A DNA stretch of 64,000 nucleotides from the human T2T-CHM13v2.0 reference genome, Homo sapiens. The notes beneath the pieces were generated by a model. That model was not told the DNA's origin, made no database searches, and worked only from the letters and a program-made list of their open reading frames with translations. A program made the position numbers and the translations under genes. The stretch is taken from the NCBI RefSeq assembly GCF_009914755.1, contig NC_060943.1; one strand, written 5' to 3'. Positions 36,626 to 64,000 of the stretch are shown here, piece after piece (the stretch's first letter is position 1; the number at the start of each line of letters is the position of its first letter).

Positions 36626-36718
36626 GACAACCTGAGGTATGGAGTGTAGCCTCTCCAGGGAGGAAGTTGATGCCCTGGGGCTGAGAGGCATCTCCTGGCA
36701 TATTCTTCCTTTGAAAAG
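36626..36718 (+). pseudogene. Non-functional homolog of the 93-nt N-terminal coding exon of ZNF100/ZNF430/ZNF431
   Basis: After the acceptor ttttctgccatag it reads DNLRYGV*PLQGGS*CPGAERHLLAYSSFEK; the donor position is AAG|ctgac with no GT. Confidence 0.75.
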
Positions 36719-37237
36719 CTGACATTTAGACATTAAGATTGTCTTCACCTAACCCATCTTCCATTTCTTGGAGACACATTGCTGGTCAGCCAATCAGATG
36801 CTGGTACTGAGAGCAAAACAGAAATAATTTCTGCCACCTGGATTCTCTAAGATTTGTGAAAAAAAAATAGTATCCCCAAAGACAGGAAAAAAAACCTGAC
36901 CCCAGTGAGAAAGTGCAAGAATTTGCAAAGTAAACTGCACTTGAGGCACTCACTGGGGCATAGTGCAGTGTCTCCTCAGAGGGGGTCATTGAGCATTTAA
37001 CTGAGCAGGGTGGGGTGGGAGAATCTAAGTGATTGGATGACCTGACTTGACACATGACTGAGACACATCTGTGTGTGTGATTTTTTTTGTTTGTTGGTTG
37101 TTTTTTTTTTTTGAGATGGAGTTTCTCTCTTGTCACCCAGGCTTACTGTATCCTCTGCCTTCCGGGTTCAAGCAGTTATCCTTTCTAAGCCTCCGGAGTA
37201 GCTGGGATTACAGGCGCCTGCCACCACACCCAGCTAA

Positions 37238-37426
<189 letters not shown>

Positions 37427-38839
37427 TAACTGAAAATTGCATTTTATTAGTAGAGCTTGAAAGGTTAAAAAGAAAATGTTTACAAAGGGCATAAAAGAGG
37501 TGAGTTTCAAAATATATTCCATTTGTTAAGAGTTCGCATTTACCGTTTTTTTTGTTTGTTTGTTTTTGTTTGTTTTTCCCAGAATGAGTTTAGGAAACTT
37601 CTCAGGTGTGTTTTTATGGGTAATTTCAAACAGAATTCCAAGGCTTAGATTTTGTAATGCTATCAAGGCAAATAATAGGGAAATCTCTCTTTTATTTTGG
37701 CTGTAGAAAATAAATACATTTCCACAAGAAAATGTGGTAGATAATTGGTGAGTTGCATAGATTCATGAAAACAACAGTTTTTCTTTCTGTATGGTAAATT
37801 TCTGACAGTGAATATTTTTGTTCTATAGCCTGTGATCTTGATTTCTGATTTTAATGCTAAATATTACAAGATGAAACTTGGTACCTCTTAGGAATGTTCC
37901 CATATGATTGTTTACTACATAATTTTTAATGCAAATAATAAAATAATACATTTATTGTCTGAAAGGAATAGATACTTTGGGTTTTCTTGTTGAGGTATGA
38001 AATGTAAGCACCTTAAAATTTTTTTCCTTCATATGAACACTGTGTTTCAGTAATTTTGCTAGATGTTTTAGTTTTAAAAACTGAGTAAATAACTGACATA
38101 AAAATTGAAGCTTGAGCCCAGGGACTCCAAGCTAAGGCTAATATTGAGCCTGCAAAAGGAGGTTATTAAAGGCACCGTTAGTTCTTCCTGGGGAGCCTCC
38201 GCTGCAGATTTCCCAGCCTGCTCACCCTAGCCATGGAAGAAGCTTTTATTCCGAGAGAAGCTACACAGCCCTGGAAAGCTGGGGACCCTCAGGCAGACGC
38301 AGTTAAGGTTAAGATGGAATGGGACTGAAAGGATCTCACTGAAGATAAAGTTATTCTTGCTTTGAGGCAGTTTCTAGACTTTTAGAAATAAAACAAAGTC
38401 AGATTTATGTAAAAAAAAATTAAATTCTAAAGGAGTATTGCAGCAGGAGGAAGTACCAACCATAAGATATTTAAGGATTGCAAAGGATAGGCAGACAAGG
38501 GCTTTCTTCCATAGGAAGGAGCAAATAAGATTAGAAAGAAGGTGGTAGGGGAATGGCAAATGGAGGGTGAAAAATCAGATTCTAGATCACAGAATATTTT
38601 ATCCTGAAGTCAGCATGTTCTTAGAAGGGACATAAAATTGGGTTTATTTTGGCTCAGACTGAGAATAGCTCAAAGTTCAGGAGCTGTGGGAAGAAGATAA
38701 ACTTAAGTGAAGTTTGATTAACAAGTATTCTATTTTGACCACTGAAGACAAATTCAGCCAATTTTTCTATGAGAAAAAGATTTGCAGAGTCTATGTCTGG
38801 CTGTGATAGGTAAGCACAAAAAGGATAGAGAATTTTATT

Positions 38840-39515
38840 TATTATAGCTATTTACCAGGATTATCTTTATGCTTCATCTTTCTTCCATTTGACATTTCCT
38901 GGGTTGTATCTTTTATTATAAACTGGTCAGCATAACTGCAGTGTTTTGCTGAGGTCTGTGAGTAGCTCTATCAAGTTATTGAACTTGAGGGAGATTATGG
39001 AAGTCCCCAGTTTTTAAACAGTAGCTCAGAAACACAGATGGGGATGGCACGATTACTCATGCCTGTAATCCTAGCATTTTGGGAGGCTGAGGTGGGCAGA
39101 TCCCTTGAAGTCAGGAATTCAAGACGAGCCTGGCCAACATGGTGAAACCCTGTCTCTACTAAAAATACAAAAATTAGCTGGGCGTGGTGGTGTGTGGCTG
39201 TAATCCCAGCTACTTGGGAAGCTGAGGCAGGAGAATCACTTGAACCCTGGAGGCAGAGATTGTGCCACTGCACTCCAGCCTGGGCTACAGAGCGAGACTC
39301 TGGCTTAAAAAAAAAAAAAAAGAAAGAAAGAAAAAAGAAAAGAAAGAAAGAAAGAAAGGAAGAAATGTAGATGGGCCCATGGAGTTTGTGACTGGCATCT
39401 GCAATAAGGACAATATTGTGGGACTGAGCCCTGAACCAAGGTCTGTGCTGACTCTGGGTGGTTTCAGAATTCAAATGTTAGACAGTGAGTTGGTGTTGAA
39501 GAATTGTTTGGTGTT
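38840..39515 (+). mobile_element. MER21-like LTR remnant interrupted by an Alu
   Basis: ctgaggtctgtgagtagctctatcaagttattgaac and tgtgggactgagccct resemble MER21-family LTRs. Confidence 0.5.
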
Positions 39516-40049
39516 AACAAACAATTTGGTGCCAGAAAAAATATCATGGAGGCCTGGCCTGGAATAAAACTCTGGGCGTGTGGGAAGGAGAGGCTCTGCT
39601 TTCCTGTACACAGGCCGTCACACTGCTCATTGTTCTGTGATTCCAGATCTCCTCTTAGGGTGAGAGAGGACTGAAAACTTAGAGAAAAGGAGTTCTGATG
39701 ACAGACCCCATTTTTCCACAGCTGCCACCACAGGATTCCCACCCACTCACAGTCATGCCCACTGGACATTGACATGTGCACAGCCCTTCCAGGACTAGGC
39801 ACCACCCTCAAAAATTTAACCATGGCATTTTTGATCCTAGTGTTTTTTGCCAAAATCCCACAAAATTGTCTACAAATTTTTGGCATATCCCTACCCCCAG
39901 ACACTGAATCTGCAGCAGCAACCTCTTTTCTCCACCAACTTGGGGTTCTGGGCCACCTGTTCATAATCTCACCTGCCTGCATGGACCCAGAAATAAGTAG
40001 CACAAGCCAGTCCTGCCTACACTGCACTCTTCTCCACCCATTGAGTTCC

Positions 40050-42379
<2,330 letters not shown>

Positions 42380-42387
42380 TAGTATAG

Positions 42388-42972
<585 letters not shown>

Positions 42973-43189
42973 TGGAGTGCTGCTGTGGCAATTGGGGTTC
43001 ATGTAAGATGTGAGCTGCCAGCTATGAGCTTTGTGTTGTGGGCTGTGTGTCAATGGCAGATAGTAGGCGTCAAGAGAGGACATGGCCATCAGGAGAGGGC
43101 AAGCAGGGTGCTCTAGCCCAGTGCTAAAGGAGTTAAAGAGCCATTGCTTTAAAATATAAATAGCCAAAAAGATAACACCCTATTCAGCC

Positions 43190-44698
<1,509 letters not shown>

Positions 44699-46928
44699 AT
44701 CTTTCAGAATGTGCTAAAGCAGCCTCTATAAGGTGATCTTTCCTTTGATTGTACTCTGCTTGCTGTAACACCCAAGAATGAAGAGCCAGGTTGATCCCAC
44801 CTAGAATCTGCAAATAAGGTCTGTTCTCTTCCTGGAATTTACAAGATAAGGCCAGACTTTGAATTGAGAATGTAGAGAAAACTAACTAGACATTTTATGC
44901 ATTGTCAGATGTCAACATAGACATCTTAAAGTTCCTCTTTGAGAATGTGATTCTTTCAGCTTCTCAGATCTTGTCCAGTGACCTGCTACAGTTATGTGAG
45001 GGCCACCAGGTATAAATAGAATCTGATGGCAGAATACGTAAGTGTGAACAAGCATCTTCAGAGTTATAGAAAGGTGATAATGTATCCAGAGCCATAACCA
45101 CAACTACACCTGTCCCTAAAATGTGGGACTGGAGTAGAATATTCCTGTTCTTCCTCTTACCTAAGAGCTGGATAATCAGGACAGGTGATCCAGGTTCTGG
45201 AGCTTCTCCAGGGCAGTTTAATTTTTTGTTTAGAATTAGCCTGAGTCTCTCCTGTCTGTTTTATCATTGGGCCATCAGCCCAGGGTCACTGGGAACTCTC
45301 ACAATAAGCTGGGTGTCTTTGAGACATTTGAGGATGTCCAGAGCAGAATTGTGCCAGGTTAACAAAAGTGGTTAATTCTGCTTCTATCTCAGTGTAAAAA
45401 ATTGAGTCTTCTTGTGTTTGCTCCTCCCCTTACACAAGAAATGACTTTGGTGGGTACCCAGATGAATGTTTCTCCAGTTTTCAGATACTTGGGTGAAAAA
45501 CAACCAGGATGTCTGGAGACTCAAACAAATAAACAAATTGCTTTTATTTTATATGGCGATTAGAAAAATAGATGAAGCAGTCATCCAGGAACCATCCAGG
45601 AACTTTTAGACTAGACTAGCAACTGAATAAAGGGTTGAATTAAGCATCATATGGTTGATTCATTGAACAGATGTGTGCAAAAAAATTTGCCTTTATTTGG
45701 GCCCCTTTCTTTATATTGTAGTGACTTCTTATGTCATCACCTGAAGGGATATTTATGAACAGAAGAGTTGTTATTATTATATGCGTTTCTATTACCTGCT
45801 AAGAATACATATTTATCTTCTAATAATTACCCTAGAGAACCTTAAGACATTTATTTAAATTGCTTATTAGTATGCATTATATAATGGACAGGGCAGTGGC
45901 TAAAAAAAATTATACAAACTCTGAGATTTAAGTTTCTCTTAGGCAAGTTTAGGAAAGCAGAACTGGAAATACGCCAGTGGCACAGAGAACAGAATTCTAC
46001 ATAAGGTCCACTCCCTGCCCCAGTTCTGTTCAGATTCACTCTATTTGGGGTCTTGTTTAGATCTGGCCCCACTCTGGAGTCTTGCCTCACAGAACTGATT
46101 GGAAGAGATGAGAGTTTTGGCTGGTGAATCCTGCTGCCTTTCTAAAGCTGGTACTTACAATTTTCTGAACCCCAAAGGAGATAAAGGGAAAAATAAAGTA
46201 TGTATTTTAATGTCTTAATTTTTAAATTTTCTATTAAATCAGTGCTTGCAGATTCCATTTAGCATCTTGTTTTCTATTCCTGCAGATTCAGTAGTTGCTC
46301 CACTAGTCACACAAAAAAAATATAAACACAATAAAAGTTTCTCTAAACTGCGTTAAACTTTTCTCTATTCAGGTAATTTGTCTACATTTAGCTTTTATTG
46401 TATACATTTTCTTTAAAAAACCAAGAACAGAAACAGAAGATGAAATACATGTGCTGGGCCCTTAACCTAATGCTGGGAATTATTAAATACTTAGTACCAA
46501 ATCGCAGTGTGTTATGAGGATTAAATCACATAATGTATTATTCGTATTAGTACTCTGCAACATACTCTTGAGCACATAGTACCTGCTTAAACATTGCATT
46601 AGTACATGTGTATATGTTGTTTTCCAAATGTAGGCTTATTCAGGCACTCCTACCTTTTATTGCCTCTGTAAACTTTAAAGAACCAGCAAAGAATTTGATG
46701 CTTTAGGATGGAGATTAGTTATCTTCATTTGTGCCAGAAGTAATTGTGTTGTGAAAAGAGTACGGAGTTTAAGGGACTCTGTGCTGTGCCTGCTTTCTCT
46801 AATGCTAATAATGAGCCCAGGGGGAGCATCATCAGCATTGACAGGGGACTTAGTTAAAACACACATTCATGGCCGGCGTGGTGGCTCATGCCTGTAATCC
46901 CATTTGGGAGGCCGAGGCGGGTGGATCA

Positions 46929-47243
<315 letters not shown>

Positions 47244-47293
47244 TTAAAGCTTGAGAGACAATGCTTAGCTAAGTGGTTATAAACCCAGGGTTC

Positions 47294-47342
47294 TATTAGT
47301 TTGGTGCAAAAGTTATTACAGTTTCTGCCATTGTAATTAATG
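47294..47342. mobile_element. Half MADE1 (Hsmar1 MITE)
   Basis: TA plus TTAGTTTGGTGCAAAAGTTATTACAGTTTCTGCCATT vs recalled TIR TTAGGTTGGTGCAAAAGTAATTGCGGTTTTTGCCATT. Confidence 0.7.
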
Positions 47343-48240
47343 TGGATTACTTAGATGTGGATACTCAGATTACATGGCCAATTCACAGAAATATCTTTGC
47401 TCGTGCCCTTTCCACGGGTTCTTTTTATTGTTGGACACATCCATGTTGTTTTAATTAAGAGCCTCATGTGATTCTAAGGTGAGGCCAGAATCACTTATGA
47501 GGGGTTGAAGATACACTCATGAGAGTTCAGTTTCACCTGTTTACTACAGGGTGATTATAGGGCCTGTTCTGTTTGGGTTTGGTATGGACAGGGCAGTGTG
47601 GCCCATATTTTTATTACTGTAGCAGAGATTGTTGGTGTCTGTAGCAGGGGAGGGCACCTAAAGAGAGGAAAGGAGAAACTTTTATTTCTTCTTCATGGGG
47701 AAACTCATTGTTCCTGAATTTTTCATGTTATAAAGGACAGAAATGGATGGACTTTTTCAGCGGGTCTTGGTACTTCTGCCTGTGGGTGTGGTGGTAGCAG
47801 GTAAACAGGTGGTGCTGACACCTTTAAAGGCATATTCTCAAGATGCAGGTCTAATTTGTCCAGAGAATCTCAACTGAAAAGGAATCCCAGAGAAGGAGGA
47901 GATAGGGAAAAAATATGCCTTTTTTTTTTTTTTTTTTAGCTAAACACATCTCAGATCAAGAACTGCGTCCACTCTGCCTCGTGGATTTCCATGCATTTAG
48001 TACTTGCAAACCTTTACTTCTCTTGCGTTTTTCCTCCCTAATGAGTTTGTTTTAACTACTTTTGAAAATTTTATTGATAGTCAAGGGTCTCTGAACAATA
48101 TTTCTTTTTAGAGCCTTTTCTAAGTTCTCCACATCATGGCTTTTTATATGCCATGGAGGATTCTCACCATTAATTTATGATCTGCAGTATTAAAAATGTT
48201 TCCTTTGTGGCTGTTGAACATGGGAGGGTGGGGATACTCA

Positions 48241-48741
<501 letters not shown>

Positions 48742-49061
48742 TTAAAATCACTACTAAAAATTACAGAAAATGGGAAATATCTGTATCTTGAATTTTGCAT
48801 AAAACTGATGTTTCTGTATGGTTGCATTCAGCCTATAATTTCCTTTTTTTTTTTTTTTTTTTTTTTTTTTTGAGATGGAGTTTTGCTCTTGATGCCGTGC
48901 TGGGATTACAGGCATGAGCCACTACCCCCAACCAGCCTATAATTTACTTTTTGGGAACAATATTTCAGCAGTGATGCTGTGTTATGTGTGTATCAGCACA
49001 TCATACAAATTTTTCCTACTGCTGTTGATGTTTATGATTCACTTGGATAAGCACTCTCTGA

Positions 49062-49397
<336 letters not shown>

Positions 49398-49911
49398 TGA
49401 AGAGTTTCATCTTTTATAGTCCAGAAAAACTGGAAAAAACACAGGTTCTTCCATATACTGGATGTTTGATAAAATATTCTTCTTAGGCCAAAATCATTGG
49501 CATTATTGGTGAGCTTGTTAGAAATTCAGAAACTCAGACTTTATTCCAGATGTTCTGGAAAAAAAAAAAATCTCCATTACAAGATCTCCAGTTTATTGTA
49601 CACATTAAAATTTGCTAGGTACCTTCTAACTCAACATGTCTTTTCCATCTCAAAAATACACAGAACTCATTCTCTATGATGTTAATATAGCACTCAAAAA
49701 TATACATGCTTGTGTTAATGCCTTTAATTTTATACTTTATTATCCAGAAAAGTATCATATATACACTGATGTTGTGGATCTTATTCCACTCTTTTTTTCA
49801 GAATTAGAGAATACATAAGAGAATATTTCTGTGTTGAAAATTATTTTCGGCCAGGCGTGGTGTCTCACACCTGTAATCCCAGCACTTTGGGAGGCCAAGG
49901 CGGATGCATCA

Positions 49912-50511
<600 letters not shown>

Positions 50512-50754
50512 TGAGTTTCACATCACTGTTTTGAAGAAAAGCTTGGGAATTTGTCAGTGTAGAAAAGAATTTCTTCAAGATAAACATCTTGAAGTTCACC
50601 TTGATCTGAACTTTCCACATTCCTGAGCAGACCTGTAGTTTTTACTCACCATTAGCGATCATTTCAAAATTTAGTGACATAAAATATTGTTGCCCACACC
50701 TTAACATCTAAGTGTCACCACCAGCTTTTGATTCAGTGGTACTGGGTAGAGAAA

Positions 50755-51078
<324 letters not shown>

Positions 51079-51188
51079 CCATTTTCTAAATATTAAGAAA
51101 TTACTGTTATAAATTACTGTTTTGGGATGAATATACTAGAATATTCTATTATGTTCTCTTTACTGAGCACATTATTTGAAGAATATGA

Positions 51189-51392
<204 letters not shown>

Positions 51393-51652
51393 TAGATTTT
51401 GGGAAGCTGTGTTCCAAAGAAAATAGTTTCAGGAAAGCCTGAGAGTTTAAAAAATTTTACTCTCACATAGGGGCATCTTCTGCATTGTGCTATTAAATTT
51501 TCTAAGGATTCTACTTTCCCTTTTGTGATCTTCCTTGAAGTTTACAGTGACAGCCAAAGTCTTCTTCATGGCATATAAGAGACTGCACAATCTACTTTTT
51601 CATATTTTCAAGGGAACCATAAATATCTGCATAATTTTATAAAACTCTGTTA

Positions 51653-58283
<6,631 letters not shown>

Positions 58284-59114
58284 AGAATTTTTTAGTTATA
58301 ATTTCTTTTTGTATTTTTTACCTCCACAATTTCTGTTTTTTTGATATTTCATACTTTTGTTACCCTCATTTTTCTGTTTTTCTGTAGTTGTCTGTGTTTC
58401 CATTTCACTCGTTGAGTATTATTCAATTTAGGACATTATTAAAATCTACCTGTTACATAATTTATGGCATAGTCTGAAAACAATTGTCTTGGTTAGAGAT
58501 TTTGGGAGTCTATCAAACAGGTTCTTATGATGTGTCTTGTCTGAATTTAGTTTTTACTTTCTAGTTAAAGGAGTTTATTCATGTTTCTTTATATTCATCG
58601 CTTGCTACACCTGTTCCCTGCCTGTGGTACTGCAGTTTCTCTGCTGCTGTAACATTTACATTTAGTCTCAGCAAACTCAAAGGGTCACTTCAAAGTATAT
58701 GACCAGTTATTTTAGCACTTTATGTCATTGGAAACAGAAACCAAGTGTCTGGAAAAGCCCCTCAAAGACAGAAATAAAGATGTATGTGCCAGTATTTTAC
58801 TTGTCTTTTAAAAAAGAATTCAGGAGCTTACAATTTACTTGTAAAGGCTCTTTGCTATATTGGGGAGCAGAAAGAGCTGTTTTGGGTAGATGCAATAAAC
58901 TTTTCTCTTCATTCTATGAGGCTCTTTGTGGCACTGCACATACTTAACTCATTTATACATTTTCCACAAATGTATTTTGGTCTGTATGTTTTTGTTACAT
59001 TTATGTCTATGAAGTAATTATGGCCTATGGTATTTTGCTATGCCATCTTATGTAGTTTGTATAATTTTATAGCTTAGATTTGTAAAGTATATCCATCTGA
59101 GTCTAGTAAGATGA

Positions 59115-61110
<1,996 letters not shown>

Positions 61111-61427
61111 AGCCTTTAAAATGTATTAAATTTATTGCTGTAAATTCTTATGTCTTACAGTTCAGAATCTCTTCATGCAAATTCTGTTTTTACTTTTCTA
61201 GTACTCATACTAGACCCATAATTTTCTTGATTCTTATTTCGTTTTGTTTTATAGGTTATAAAGTATTCATTATATTAGCTGGTCAGTGATTATAGTAATT
61301 GTTTTTATGAAATTTAGTAGTGCACACAAAATAATTTTCAAAGGTAATTCCATTAGTGTATTAAGTTTTATTTAGTGTTAGAACATTCCATTTTGTTCTT
61401 TTAAGTGCAGAAACTTATATAAGCCTA

Positions 61428-63910
<2,483 letters not shown>

Positions 63911-64000
63911 ATCAGAGTTCCTATGGTCATGGCTGACAAACTAAGTGACAAAAACTAATTTTGATACTATTCAGCTGTTTATGACAAAGACAGTATTTGA

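Overview
Primate (almost certainly human) genomic DNA from the ZNF91-family KRAB zinc-finger cluster, most likely chr19p12. The only intact gene is a 4-exon, + strand KRAB-C2H2 gene: ATG-only exon 34411-34413, KRAB-A 50290-50416, KRAB-B 51223-51318 and finger exon 59143-60458. It splices to 1542 nt = 513 aa with 12 intact fingers, and I recognise it from memory as ZNF723. Upstream, left to right: an LTR2/L1/Alu nest, a ~3 kb GC-rich block with MIR/L2 relics and a CpG island that looks imported, a ~17.8 kb beta-satellite-like array with a two-tier higher-order structure, and a decayed MER57-type ERV1 env plus LTR before the promoter. Intron 1 holds an antisense BNIP3 retrocopy and a dead copy of the 93-nt N-terminal exon that is coding in ZNF100/ZNF430/ZNF431. 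About 55 Alus are present. There is no CRISPR array, RNA gene or microbial-type system, and I cannot claim a new biological system from sequence alone. The best leads are the ghost exon, a 3' UTR splice donor that could circularise a finger exon carrying ten miR-23 8mer sites, an inverted intron-1 paralog at the satellite edge, the orphan CpG-island block, recently triplicated fingers, and a possible LIR-only BNIP3 micropeptide. Repeat family names come from recalled consensus sequences; repeat boundaries are approximate.
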